A stretch of 64,000 nt of DNA from Azolla caroliniana (GCA_043228905.1 JBHGNT010000003.1:248001-312000); one strand, 5' to 3'. Numbered from the stretch's first letter, positions 1-13,011 are shown. Notes: generated by a model not told the origin, from the sequence alone. Translations and numbers: made by a program.

Positions 1-490
1 GACAGCTCAAGATCGTGCTCTATTTTATGCTAATCAAGATAGATGTCCTCATGCATTTACCATTGGTCAAAAAGTTTTTTTGTATGTCCCTACTGACTCT
101 ACGTCATTGTCTACGAGCAAGTGCGCTAAGTTAGCCCCACGATATTGTGGCCCATTTGAAATCCTTAAGCGAGTTGGATCATCTGCTTATCACCTTGCCT
201 TACCCCCGTTTTCACATCAATCATTTAAAACCATTTTTAGGCTCTAGTGATAACACCATCATCATCCAAGATCTTGTAACATTTAGAGGATTTTTCTTAC
301 AAACCTTATGTTCTTGAACGAATTCTTGATTCTCATTCTAAACATTTACGTTCTAAAGAGATTTGGCTATTCAAGATCAAATGGATGGATAAACCTATTA
401 ATGATGCCACATGGGAATGCAAGCATACTCTTAAGGCACAATTTCCTCATTTTATATTGCAAGAGAGCAATCTTTTGAAGTAGGGGAGTA
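1..490 (+). mobile_element. Decayed Ty3/gypsy (chromovirus) 3' end: integrase GPY/F domain, chromodomain and PPT
   Basis: Frame 2 gives KLAPRYCGPFEILKRVGSSAYHLALP (GPY/F motif). After frameshifts, ERILDSH...FKIKWMDKPINDATWE...QFPHF (chromodomain-like). Purine tract GAAGTAGGGGAGTA lies directly before TG at 491. Confidence 0.85.
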
Positions 491-968
491 TGTTATGTAC
501 ACATCACGTAGGTGAGGATATGTCATTAATATTTACATAAGTGAAGGGTATGTTCACTAATGTTAAAGAGGGGACTAATATGATTAGATAGAAAGAATGA
601 TAGGTGCATGCACTATCATGATTTGGATAACCAATGAATGGAGAGCCTTTTAGAAAGGCACATCTATTCGAGGGGCCTAGGAACAGGTATAAATATGAGG
701 CATAGTTACCCTCATAAACACATTACGTTGGAAGGCTGTTGTCTTAGACACCGGTGGTGCGGGCTAGGCTTTCGTCTTAACGATCGTGTTATCTCTTCCA
801 AGGTATTAGTCAACCTAATATCCGATAGTATGGGACGTCAATGATAGGTTGGCTATGTCTAGATCATAGCTCGAGGGTGGTCGGGTAGAACGGGTTCTTC
901 TATCCAATCTATTTTCTTTCTTTTTACTTTATTTTGCTCTATTGATTAGTATTAGACTCTTAGCAACA
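491..968 (+). mobile_element. Probable 3' LTR of the chromovirus remnant
   Basis: Starts TGTTA immediately after the PPT; TATAAAT near 688; candidate end ...GCAACA at 968. The right boundary is inferred. Confidence 0.55.
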
Positions 969-1059
969 TCCCAAACAATGTTCCTTTTCCTCAATTACAT
1001 TATAGGGGGAGATTCACTTGATATTAGAGATGCAACTAGAAAGAGAACTGTAAATTTAC

Positions 1060-4000
1060 CTTGATATGTGCCCTCCATGAAGTATCAAACTCATGAGTAT
1101 GCATAACAATTTGTCCACTAGATAGAGAACGATAATAATGCCCTGATCAATCCAAACATTAACATATATTATTGCAAATTGAATAGAAATTTTTAATGTA
1201 ACAGTAAATCTAAAAATTATCATCCTTCCCAATAGCGCTTCTCTTATTATAAACAAACTAGATATTTGATCCTTGTGATGCTAAAGGCTCGACATATTAA
1301 ACTAGAAATAATTTTTAGAAACATAAACAACCATATCATGACCGTTATTTTCCAAAGAATAGCTTACTTCGAATCGGCATCTTTGTATGCCTACGGGGTG
1401 GGGATGATGATCTGAATTAAAGAATCAACAAAACTCACCAAATTATAATCTTCGCTGTCATGTTTTAAAGCTTCATAAACAACATAAAAAAAATCATCCT
1501 AGTCAGATCTACCTATTACGATTTCTCTGCACACTCCTATGATTAATGGGCGACAATTCTGTTGATAGATGCCATGACAATGTTTGGAACACATTTGAAT
1601 CTGAAATTTATAATTAGACTCTGTCAGAATTTATCAGCATTCTCTGTCTCTCACACACATTTGGATGCAAGATATGAAGATATAGTTTGAAGAAAGGATG
1701 CATAATGTTTGCTTCATGATGCATCAGTAAATTCCCCGATGAATGAGATTTTTTGCAACACCAAGGCTCACATTTCACACATTATATCATACATGTTGCA
1801 CCAAACTACAAAAGCATCTTCTCTGAACAGGGAAATCACACTCATCAATGCATGCTAGAGCCCAACCCTTGTTAGAAATATTGAGAATCGATTAGATAGG
1901 TATATAGAGTTACAATTACAGAGATGGATATATAAAAACAAAACTTCAATTACATATGAGAGTAGCTCACAATGGTAGTTACCCATGCGCTCACAACTTA
2001 GAGCTTAGATAGGATATGCACCAGCTCACTACAAAATTAGTGGGGACTGATTATCAATCCAACCACTGTGCAAGAAAGTGGATTATATTCTATGTTTGGT
2101 CTAAGTATAACATTAAATGTGCAAGTCAGTTGATAGTAGTGGAGATATTCCTTTTCTGTCAACTGACTTGTCATTTAATATGACCCAATTCCCTAGATAT
2201 AGGCTAGTGCTAGATAGTACTTATCTTGAAATCAATGGCACATACTTCAAGACTAAGTACATCGTAACTTGCCCACAAAATATTCTAATTTACTTGATTA
2301 GCCAATCCTATTACCTATTTCGCTCTTTCCTAAATACATTGTGTCCTACACATCTACGGTTTCCTAGATTAACACCTTATCAACCCATATGGTCGAGTTG
2401 CACACTAGCCACTCCTCATTTGGGGCGCTATCACAAAATGTGCACTCTAAGAGCACATATGGGGATAGATTTACAACTTCAGGCTGATCATTGATTATAT
2501 CTAACAACCCTCAACCTTCATCTAAACCATTCCTTCAATACATCTCATCAACTATGTATATTTTGCCTGGACAAGTGTGGGACCCCGGAGTGTCACACTT
2601 TTGAAAACAATCTGCTACATTTCGACCACATACATTTTTGTTGTCCACGCATTGTCAATTCAGTCCACTCCCTACAGTGATTCCTCTCACAATCACAATG
2701 TGCAAACTTGAGTGCAACATTTATCAGTATAATTCTTGAGCATCAAGATTCACTAGCAAATTCCACCCATACTATGTAATAATGATTCAATTTTGGTTTG
2801 ATAGGTTGCCTTTGACCTTTGAGGACGTGAATAAATCTCTCCCTCTCACACACCCACACGTGACACAGACATACATACATTAGGTACAATATAAATTAAA
2901 TTTTAGACACACAATCATTATATTTAGCGCAAGCATCTGGTATGTGCCCAAAATATTAAACCAAGAAGGAAAATATGCTAACTGCGATGAATCACTAGGA
3001 GACCTACCACAACTAACCTACATAATCACGATTGATACTGGCTCTAAGCCAAATCTTGACATTCCAGTTTCCCTAAATATTCCAGTGTTGAAGATTTGAA
3101 TTCAGGAGAAAAAAAAGTGATTCAATAACATGATGCAAAATTTACCCAAGTTTCATGTATATCTAGTTTATGGACACTAACAAGATCTATCCTTAAGGAC
3201 TATTACACATTACAGATTTAAGAAGAATACCAGATTGCTCAGCTTCATGTGAAGTTTTCCCAAGTTTTTCTGTCAATAACTCGAGCAGTGGCAAGGATGT
3301 TTCATCTGTAATAGTGAGATCTGCGAGAAGATATTCAAAGAACTGAACATTCATGGTTCAATCATAAGGATAGCAGTTATAGAAGACATTCGCTGTATGT
3401 AAGTAAATAGATCTTTGCGATCCAGCAGCTGAAACTTTTAATCTGAAAAGTTTGAATGGCCACATCAAAGAAATGAAAGCCACCTAGTGCGGCATCATAA
3501 TGCTTATTATAGCGTGTTTTCTGCTTTTGATGCCGCCATTTATTTAGACCTTCATAAGTTGTGCATTCATGGCATGTAGAAAGTCTCTACAAACCAAAGG
3601 ATAATATATTAGCTAAGATGAACAAACTTTAGGAGAACAGGATAAGTGTATATAAAAGTATCTACGAACTTATTGTCTCCTAACCTGTGCTAGGCTTGAT
3701 AAGCAAACTTGCAAGTTTGAAAACTCTGCTGCATGCTGTGTCAAGGATTCATTCAGTTGCGATGCTCCAGTACCAATGTGATCAAGTGCATTGACAAAGG
3801 CCTTGGTGGAGTAGTCCTTCAAGCTTTCAAAAATTCTGTTCTTGCAAAGGAATAATCCACGGATCACAATCATATAAAGGAATGGCAATTTTCCGTCACT
3901 TCCATTAACAAGGGTTTAAGAGGTACACATACAAAAGCTTTTGGTCTGAATGAAGGTAGGCTGATTCATAATGCTCTGCAGCTAAATAGAGATGGCTGCA

Positions 4001-4810
4001 TAAATTTCTTAGTTCCTACACGTAAAAAGAACACCTGAGGTAAAATTGCCTGCCTTATAAGAGAACTCAACCATTAGCATTTAAAAGTGACGCAGATACA
4101 TATTTCTTGAATCCCTGTCAAAGGGGTATTACACACACATATTCAATGAGTACATATATATAATCTAGCATAGCCTACCTGTATAGTCCTCTTCAAAGCT
4201 ACAGAGCCACATATTATAGATCAGTGTCTCTTCTAAGCTCTGGCATATCATCAGAATGCTAATAAATTTTTGCCATCCAACCGTTTTGAGATCTCAAAAA
4301 ATTTAAGATGCTTTGAATCAGTGTGTGCTGGTGCCCCCACATGATGAGACATGCTAATTATCCACTAGTCTCTTTTGTCATCATCAAAGTTCATCTGATG
4401 CACAGCAGACCATATGTTAAACAATATCTCGGTGCTTACTAAATACGGTTAGGAATCCGTTTTCTAGTCTACTAATCTTTGGTCTCTATCTACATATAAG
4501 GATGTCCTTCAATTCATTCCGAGAAATAAAATTCTACTTTGATGCATTATACATGCTGTCAGCTGAAATTCAGCCAGCTGCTATATTTTGGTGAGCAAAG
4601 GAAGGCATTTATGGGTATAAATAAATACAGGCAGAAAATGCATTGCTTTGCACGCACACAGGTGGTGAATCTAGCTTGTAGATTAGGTGACGCAAGCTGG
4701 AAGTACAAGATGTTCCTGCTCATTTGATCTTGGTCACGTCATATGTTGCTTAAATTAATCTCTGTAAAGACTTCAAATAAAATCTCTGTTCTCGTGGACG
4801 ATAAACAATC

Positions 4811-4850
<40 letters not shown>

Positions 4851-5000
4851 GTATAGAGGAAGTTGTGTACCACATTTCAAATATATATTTTTTATGATAT
4901 GGCCGTAGATTTGGGTTAATTCGCAGCGATCTATGAACCTATCGGAGTGAACAGATGGCAAATCTTCCCATTACTATTAGGTCAAGCACTCTCAATCGAG

Positions 5001-5040
<40 letters not shown>

Positions 5041-5163
5041 AACGACGGCATGGCGGCCACCTCTGAGACAAATACAAAATTAGGAATGCAAGTGGTAGAA
5101 AACCTGCAAAGCTTGTGAAGTAGCGAGAGCGTTGGTTGTGCTGGCGCTCGCGTATTTCTTCAT
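1060..5163 (-). CDS. ABIL: ABI/ABIL (Abl-interactor-like, SCAR/WAVE complex) protein; exons 5163-5104, 4015-3933, 3835-3685, 3586-3484, 3305-3231, 1600-1513, 1411-1368, 1142-1060; continues beyond the left edge
   Basis: GT-AG introns with matching phases give ...SQALQ|ELRNLCSHLYLAAEHYESAYLHSDQKL|LIFESLKDYSTKAFVNALDHIGT...|RLSTC..EGL..RYNKHY|...TLSWHL..., matching plant ABIL motifs (ALQELKNLR.QLY.AAEY, LKDY..A.VNAVDHLGTV, TLSWHL). The start codon is uncertain and no stop is reached in the window. Confidence 0.85.
1661..2850 (+). mobile_element. Old 5'-truncated RTE-like LINE 3' fragment in ABIL intron 5, split by a solo LTR
   Basis: Aligns by eye to 35408-36013 (TTGGATGCAAGATATGAA..., GCTTCATGATGCATCA, CTCTCACAATCACAATGTGC). 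Ends in the family's 3' motif plus TC/CA repeats. Confidence 0.7.
1870..2506. mobile_element. Solo LTR (637 bp) with 5-bp TSD ACCCT
   Basis: Termini TGTTAG...CTAACA; ACCCT at both 1865-1869 and 2507-2511. Confidence 0.85.
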
Positions 5164-5619
5164 GACTGCAGCAGGAAGGAAGGAGGTAATGGTGCTTTAT
5201 TTCTGTGTTCCAAACATATTACAGGAACTCTCATTTTAGTCGAGTCGAGAGAGACGCTGAGTGACCACCTCATGATTATGGTGGTTGCTTTGAGATCCAT
5301 ATACATAAATAATAGTAGAAGACAGGATTTCATCATGAAGCAGAGAGACTCGTGAATACGACTCCTCCCACCCGCACTTTCCTCTGCTTTTGCTTTTGCT
5401 TTTGCTTTTGCTTCTCGCCATCGCCATCACCTGGGAACATGAATGAATGAATCATCATCCGCGGCCAATAGCTTCGTCCTGAATTTTAAGTTTGGAGGTC
5501 CTCCTTCCTCCTCCTGCTTCTTCTTTTTCTTCTTCGTCTTCTTTTGGTTGGAGAAATGATTTTTGCACGTGAATGTGTACATTGGAGCTTTTTTGTATGT
5601 ATGTAGCTAGAGAGAGAGA

Positions 5620-6703
5620 AAGAAAGATATATTAGAAAAGAAAGAAAGAAAGATATATTAACGTCTTCTAAGGCCAAATTTGGCCCATGAGACAAATAGG
5701 TTACAACAAAAATGAGTGTTTATCCAATCATCAAAGCTAAAATAAAAGAAAATAGCTTAAGCTAAGAAAGTTCTAGTAGTGTACAAAACTTTGCACTAAG
5801 CCTAATCTCATTTCCACCCAAGTCTCTCAAAAAGAAGTGGGTGGTCAAAAGTTTTTGGTGTGGGTGTGACCCATGGTCCCGATGCATAGAGTGCCCTAGC
5901 CATGGCTTCTAGGCGGTGTAGTTCACGTTCCCTTATTTTCTTTATTGCTTCTACATCTCGTCGAGTTGCTTTGAAACCCGACATCCGAGGGCGTTTGGTT
6001 CTTCTTTGATTTTCTGCTTCATCAAAGAGAAGTCCGAGTGGTGCAGGTGTGTCGACATTCATTGTCTCCCCCTGTTCCTGAAAAACTTCATTTGTTATAT
6101 GTTGGTAAACATTAGCAACATTATTATCAACGTTTTGTAATTTATTCTCTCTGTGTTGTTTCAATTCTAAGATGTATCTACCTAATTTATTTATATCTAG
6201 TGTATCTAATAGTTTAGGGAGGGTGGGAGAGGAACCAAGTATGTCTTGGTATTTTGCCCTTATCTCGGCATAGGTGGGGCATTTGCATATAAAATGGTAC
6301 TCATCCTCTATCTCTATGTGGCATAACCTACATATCCTTTCCTCCCTAAGGACTCCATTAGTACGTTCATTCTCAATCTCAAGTTGGTGAGATGATATTC
6401 TAAGTTGACCAATGGCAACCCTTAGTGCATGTGGTAAGAATACATCTAGATATTTTGGGCGCGTGATAAAACCTAACTCAAAGAAGTGCATAAAGTGTTC
6501 CTTATAGTACGACATTTTAGATGGGAGTGGCTCTAGTGGGGTGATCCATTTATAACGAGTATGAATTTGCCATATTTCTTGGCGTATTACTTTATTACGG
6601 TCCTCATGAGAGATTAAAGTGTTATCAGTCGTGTGGTCGTACTTAAGGGGGGGGAGGTTAGTAATGTCTAGACCGTTGGCAAGAAGCCAACTCACCATCA
6701 TGT
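5620..6703 (-). mobile_element. 5'-truncated RTE/RTEX-like LINE (C-terminal zinc-finger region, open frame to 5808)
   Basis: LRISSHQLEIE...REERICRLC..IEDEYHFICKCPTY..IR motif; 3' stem-loop at 5672-5685 and (TTTC)n tail; TSD CTAGAGAGAGAG starting at 5607 and 6704. Confidence 0.8.
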
Positions 6704-6705
6704 CT

Positions 6706-6752
6706 AGAGAGAGAGAGAGAGAGAGAGAGTGTGTGTGTGTGTGTGTGTGTGT
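6706..6752. repeat. Compound (GA)n(GT)n microsatellite
   Basis: Directly visible. Confidence 0.95.
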
Positions 6753-8077
6753 GAGTGAGGTTTTTGGGGGGACGTTTGTTGGGTGGACACTGGAGATAGA
6801 TGGGTTGGGTTCGCATGACTGACTAACTGCCACCCTACGGCATTTTCTTTCGCATGTCTATTCAGATGAGAAGCAATGGCTATTCATTAGTACGTGACAT
6901 GAGGGGGCATGGCCCATCACAAGTGTACAAAACTTGTACCTCAATCTTCGTAGCATACATGCTTTGTTCATACCCTAAATGAGTTGGGTTCAAATGATAG
7001 TCATGCCATGAACTCAAGAACAAATAATCGGAACAAACCAACATAACCTATTTTGCAAAGAGGAAGGTCCAAATCTCATCAAGGAACACTTACGGCGTGT
7101 GTATGCGCGTGAGTACACATATCACATAGTTAGACCTTTATAGAGTGTCACTAAGCAGGAAAAATTTATAAATAATCACATTCCAATAGATAAATTCCAT
7201 AACAGCATTACAATGGATAAATTCCATCAGAAGCCGCTACTTCACACTCATGCAGAGGCAATCCAAAAGACAATTGCACATAAATACATCATCTATAATT
7301 CGATATTACCTACAGTCGTTATCGAAGTTGAGGACAACGAGACAATCAGTCAAAATTTCTCAAACGTAGTGGCCCCTTGATTTTCTCTTAAAACATGTTG
7401 CAACAAATTTTCCTAGCTACATACTAACTTTTGAGATTCATCCCCATTTGGGCAGAGCACATACAGAGATCAATTCATGTTACGTTACAGAAACGCGACA
7501 GAAGATTTGGGCAGATAACATACAGTGATCAAGTCATGTCAAGTTATCGAAATGCAACAGAAGAGGTCTTCTTGTTTGCCAGCAAATGAAACACATGGGG
7601 AAATTGTATCATTATAAAATATAAATTAGTATAATGTCAATCAATAATCAATCAGCAGTCACTACATTATTTTCAATGAGAAAAGAGATTCATACAAGGC
7701 ATCCCCAAAAAGGGGAAGTAAAGGTGGGTGGGATCCACAGTCTTCTCTTCTCAAGAGCTACTACAACACATTTTCCCAAATAATTAAATTATAACACCAC
7801 AATTATGTATCAAATATCAAACAAGGGAGCTATCTAAATAATCGTCAAACAAATGCATCCTACATACACTCGAAATTAGGTTTGCCAAATCATGCAATGT
7901 ACGACTGAGCTTTCGTCATAACAGCCCCATCCTCCATGTTGCAAGCAGAGGTATAAACAAAAAAACACAAGATTAGGATAGGAGGTTGGCAAATGCTGGA
8001 CTGGGACAACGGTGAGAGGCGCTTCTTCAGACACCCTAGCCCCAACATTTATTATTTACTGTGTGATTAGAATACCA

Positions 8078-9364
8078 TCACTTATTATTGAGTGTAAGTC
8101 CATGAGAAAGTGACATGAGCAACAGTGCAGCTTGCTCATCATCTTTAGAGAAAGAGAATGATAATAATGGCTTTGGTTGCATATGCCTTTGAGAAGTCGA
8201 GCTCGGTGAGCGCAGAGCCTTGCGCTTGAAGGAAAGGTGCTTTAAAGATGGAAATAAAGGGGGGTTCTTATTTGTGACTTGTGAAGGAGTTGAACTGCTA
8301 CTAGAAGGACAGCTATCTGATGCATCATCTTCTTCTTCATGGTAATCATCATCTTCATCTTCATCCTCATGCCTAATACAATGAAACTCGCCACATTGTA
8401 GATTTGTATGGTGATGCCCATGGATTTCATCATCATGATTCCAAACCCTTCCTTCATACTTGGATCCATCACTGATCATACCTGTTGGAATGATGAGAAC
8501 TTCAGCACCTTGCTCCACTTTTGGCAACCCCTCGACGACAACAATAGGCCTCGTCGAAGAGATTTGTTGGGCTGCTAAGGTTTGTGGCGGAGGATGTGCA
8601 AAGTGATGCTGCCTTACATTCATCTTGCGAGCCCGGATACCACAAGCATTGCACAGAGACTGCAATCCAATTCAATACTACCTTAGCAAATTTGTGTAAT
8701 CGGATGCACATTCTCCATTTTCACTATGGAAAAACATAGTGTAATCTTACACGCAGCAAGCACAACAATATTATAAGATTTAGGGAGCCTTCGCAAATCT
8801 CGTTTACTAAGCACATACGTACATCCATTCAGACGCACAAAATCTGGTTCTTTAGTAATGCATTGGGTTACTGGTGGCAAACTCCATGGGGCCCAGTAAA
8901 ATTGCACAAAAGAATATTTTACAGAACCTGAGGTTAGATACATTGTAAAAATAGGGGGATGCAGAAAACATACATGCCAAAGGTGGATCATACCCTGTTC
9001 GAGTTAGTGTTATAAAATGCAAAGGTTTAAGACGTGACAACAAATTGATAGGAAGCTGAAGCTAAATTTATAAAAAAACAGAGGGAAAAGAGCATACCTT
9101 GGGACCTTGGGGGCCAGACCTCCACAACGGTGTCTTGGTTGTACCACACACGGTGCAAGCTCTGCAGGCAGCAGAGTTAATGCAGGGGTGAGAAGTTGCC
9201 CTGCTGCTGCTGCTGTTGCTACTAGTAGTAGTAGTACTACTACTACTACTACTACTAGATGCATTGAACCCATTGCAAGCAGCCACATGAGGGCAACCGT
9301 CTTCTGCGACGGTTATATTTGGCCTCGCTGGCACTGCTTGATATTGATAAGGGTTTTGCAACAT
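8078..9364 (-). CDS. LLM-domain B-class GATA transcription factor; exons 9364-9098 and 8659-8078
   Basis: CTVCGTTKTPLWRSGPQGPK|SLCNACGIR is a C-x2-C-x18-C-x2-C finger split by a GT-AG intron at the usual position. C-terminal EQAALLLMSLSHG is the LLM motif (GNC/CGA1/GATA15-17 group). Confidence 0.92.
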
Positions 9365-9412
9365 GATGGGCAGAATCAGATAAAGAAAGAATTATGAATC
9401 AACGAATACCAT

Positions 9413-9453
<41 letters not shown>

Positions 9454-9748
9454 AGGGGGGAAGGGAGAGGGAGAGGGAGAGATTGATTGAAGAATACCCA
9501 ACGAAAGAAAGAACACATGGAATTGCAGCAATCAGGCGAGGTGGGTGGGAGGGGGAGGAAAAACCCTAAAACCCTAAGAAAGCAGGACAAAAGCTCGCCA
9601 CACCTTTTCTTCTTTTGAGATCTCGTAAATAGAAACTAGGGGGCTCAGAGAGAAAAGGCGGCAAAAGCTGTGTGCCCTCTTGCCTGATCAGTGATGAGGC
9701 AGACGTAGGAGGGAGGGTGTGTTCTCCACGCTTTCTTTCATCATCCAC

Positions 9749-9771
9749 CCCTAAACCCTAAACCCTAAACC
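9749..9771. promoter_or_regulatory. Three tandem plant telomere repeats (CCCTAAA)3 / telo-box upstream of the GATA gene
   Basis: CCCTAAACCCTAAACCCTAAACC; further AAACCCTA copies near 9561-9577. Confidence 0.6.
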
Positions 9772-10299
9772 GGATGGATGGATCATGGATGGACCCCTCT
9801 CTCTCGTGTGGAAGCACATGTTCAAGCCCCACCATACTCTCACCATCTCTCTCTGTAGTATCATCACATATGTATATTACACATTACCCATATTCAATGA
9901 CCCAAGCTATGCCTTTCTCCCCTGATTTCACGAACCTCGCCAAAATCCTAGATGAGCATGCAAGTGTTGGAGTTCTTTGCGCGAAACGTATAGATTGATA
10001 GACAACAATGATAGACTAGAGGTCTCCATTGCTTCGACTTGTTGTGAGGACATAGAACTTTCTTTCTAGGCCCTTTTCTCTACCCTAGATTGAGTGACTC
10101 ATAGAGCATACACCGACTAAGCAGCTTAGGCACTAATATTTGATAGGCTACATGTAGTTTGTAACACATATATTTTGGGTATAGAGGTCTAGCTACCTCC
10201 AATATGTTATGTATTGGGCAATAACCTTTCTCTCGAATGACACATGTTGTGTGGTTCATACATGAGTTGATAATGTACATGTTCGGATGTCTTAGTAAT

Positions 10300-12500
10300 C
10301 AACTTCATACTTGCCTACCCACTAATGATATATTGATATGTAGTCGTGTTGTTGGATGTTAAAGAAAATTTCATGAATGGTGTGATAAGATTATTGATGA
10401 AGAGTATTAATGGAAATAAAGTCATGGTTGTTTGTTTTAATATCCTTATGAGGTGTAATATTTCTTAATCTAGATTATTGGTTATAGGCCAAATGTATAC
10501 AAGGAACATGGTCACGTTTTAATTTAAGTGGAGTTGCCCTTTACTTGTTGGCAATGGATTTGTTATGTGAAGGGAACCTTTTAGGGCTTCCCACTTATAG
10601 AAATTTGCAAAAACTCTTATGTAAAAAGGGCCTTTGGCTGCCCAACTTTGGGGCTACCTTTTAGTCCTCATTCTCTCCATTTGGCATCCACTAAGAGTCA
10701 CTATCCTGTTTACCTTTTCTACACTATTAATTTGTGATATAAAAATTCTAATTGAGCAATTAACTAATAGTGCATTCATATATTTCTTATGTAGTAATTG
10801 TCTATTTAATTAAAACAAACATATTTCTTAATTAGCGCAATGATTAAGTGTGTGTTAACATTAGTGTAATGATTAAACATGCCATATCTTGTACATTCCT
10901 AACCACCTATATGTCTCCAAATTCCAATAGCTTGGCAAATATCACCCATATTCTTCATGTCCATCTCATAATCTATCATGATAAACAACAATCAATATCA
11001 CTTTCTCTTCCTTTTCGTGCTCCACTCTAAGTGGGTTCCCAACCCTTTTCTTCTGGTGCTTCCAAAAGGGCCATTCATGGCAAAACAACTTTCATTCCTT
11101 TTTCAAAATCTAGTGGTATTGCTAAGATAAAAAAACATTTTTTGTGATTTTGTAGAAGGTAAATTGCTTAGAAAGATTTTTGGAGTATGGGGGAAAACCA
11201 ATAGATAACTCATATAGTTGGAGGTATGAACGTAGCTTTGTGGTCGTTGTGGTTGTGGTGAGGTTATAACAAGTGGTATTACCAAGGGGTTAATTTTTCT
11301 GCGTCTTCCTCAAGGGCCAAGGCCAACAACCAAGCATTTTTTACACCTAAATTTTGTTGATATTTTGTTGTAAATTGATTGATTAGGATCATCTCCTAAC
11401 TTGTCTATGCTATATGTTCTCTTGGTGGATGTACAAGGCTTGTGTTGCTTCCAGTTGTGACTCCATGGTAGTGATGAGAGCCATTAACTCAAATATTTCT
11501 CCTTGGAGTTAGGGTAGTTTTATTTTATACTTTTATGAGCAAAATTCTCATTGTCTCTCTTTCTTCTATAACACTATGATGAGTTCATCGATGGTCAATA
11601 TTTCGTGTTTTATGTTCTCAAACTTCTTGGTGTTTGGCTTGGACTTGCAAGAAAGCCCATGTGAGTTCAAAAATGAAGTCTTAGCATTTGCAATGGTCTG
11701 AGTGTTCCTCAAGGCATGTTTTTTGCTCCAAGTAAGCATCATGTTTGTTTTCAAATTTTGTGATCATCTTGACGAGCGCTTTACTAGGCATTGGAAGTCG
11801 CTTTCTGGATTGTTTCTTCTTCTATTCCAATGAAGTAGTGGTGGCCCATAGTTCTTATTCTAAACAGTAGTTCTACTTGGGTACACTTTTCCAAGTTGTT
11901 AGATTTTGCTAGTTCGCAATTGAGGGATTCATGTAGTCTAGTTATGGAGAGTCGATACGGGGCTTTTGTTGAGATCTTATTCATGGCCTTTTGGAGTTGG
12001 CTCACTAGGTTGGTAACAACTACATTTTGTAGGAGTGGTGGCGTTGCCATGGTTATGTGCATGTCAATGGTTATTGTAGCGACATGTCAAGTGTATTGTT
12101 GGTTGTATGGATTGGGTAGAGTGGCGCCCCACCTTTACTACAACTTATGTGGTCGTTCAAAGGAAGGTTCACGTATGGAGGCTAAAGGAAGCTTATATGG
12201 TGTTGTGTGTACTTCTTCTCTATCTAATTGTATCGTGAAAACAATCATAAGCATGATAGTTCCAAGGATCACACTTGTTTTGTTGTCTTCTCGGAGTACA
12301 TTCTTTGGGTGCTTGGTAGATTGAAGAGTCGTCGGCTTAACCTCTAGATGGTTTGGGACTCCGCTATGGTTTGAGACTCTTGATTGTGTCAATGATTGTT
12401 CTATTTCTTGGATCGAGGTTGTTCATGTAGTACAAACTTCAAAGCATGCTGGATTAACACATGGGTGTTTCATCACAATGTTGCAATTCGAAAATATTGA
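10300..12500 (-). mobile_element. Highly decayed Ty3/gypsy gag-protease-like remnant
   Basis: Fragmented minus-strand frames with a protease-like NHDFIS near 10410-10430 and gag-like fragments; many stops. Boundaries approximate. Confidence 0.35.
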
Positions 12501-12543
12501 AAGGTCAATCAAAGAGCATTGACTTCCTTTAGTTCTCATTCTT

Positions 12544-13011
12544 GAAAATCATGTGTGGCTTGAAGAATTAACACTCACTAGGCTTGTTGACGAGCTTCAC
12601 TATTACTCAACGTATCTTCCAAATTCCAACCCAATGATACTATTTGGCAAAAGACTCTTGTTTGTTGGCATCTACTTTGCACAAATAAACTTTTGTCTAT
12701 CTACTTCACACATTTTTATCATAGGCATCTTATTGATTTGGATTATTGCACAAGAAGTTTCCTACAATGTTCCAAGAAAATCATGTGTGGCTTGAAGAAT
12801 TAACACTCACTAGGCTTGTTGACGAGCTTCATTATTACTCAACGTATCTTCCAAATTCCAACTCAATGATACTATTTGGCAAAAGACTCTTGTTTGTTGG
12901 CATCTACTTCGCACAAATAACCTTTTGTCTATCTACTTCACACATTTTTATCATAGGCATCTTATTGATTTGGATTATTGCACAAGAAGTTTCCTACAAT
13001 GTTCCAAGAAA
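12544..13011. repeat. Near-perfect 232-bp tandem duplication
   Basis: 12544-12775 repeated at 12776-13007 with GAAA junction microhomology; explains the twin ORFs at 12553 and 12746. Confidence 0.95.

Noticed and set aside
5236-5430. 64-aa ORF as the first coding exon of ABIL
   Set aside because: Its donor phase does not match the nearest acceptor before 5163 and it has no ABIL-like motif; more likely 5' UTR or a uORF.
6704-6833. N-terminus of the 341-aa ORF
   Set aside because: Read-through of microsatellite outside the LINE's TSD; not real coding sequence.
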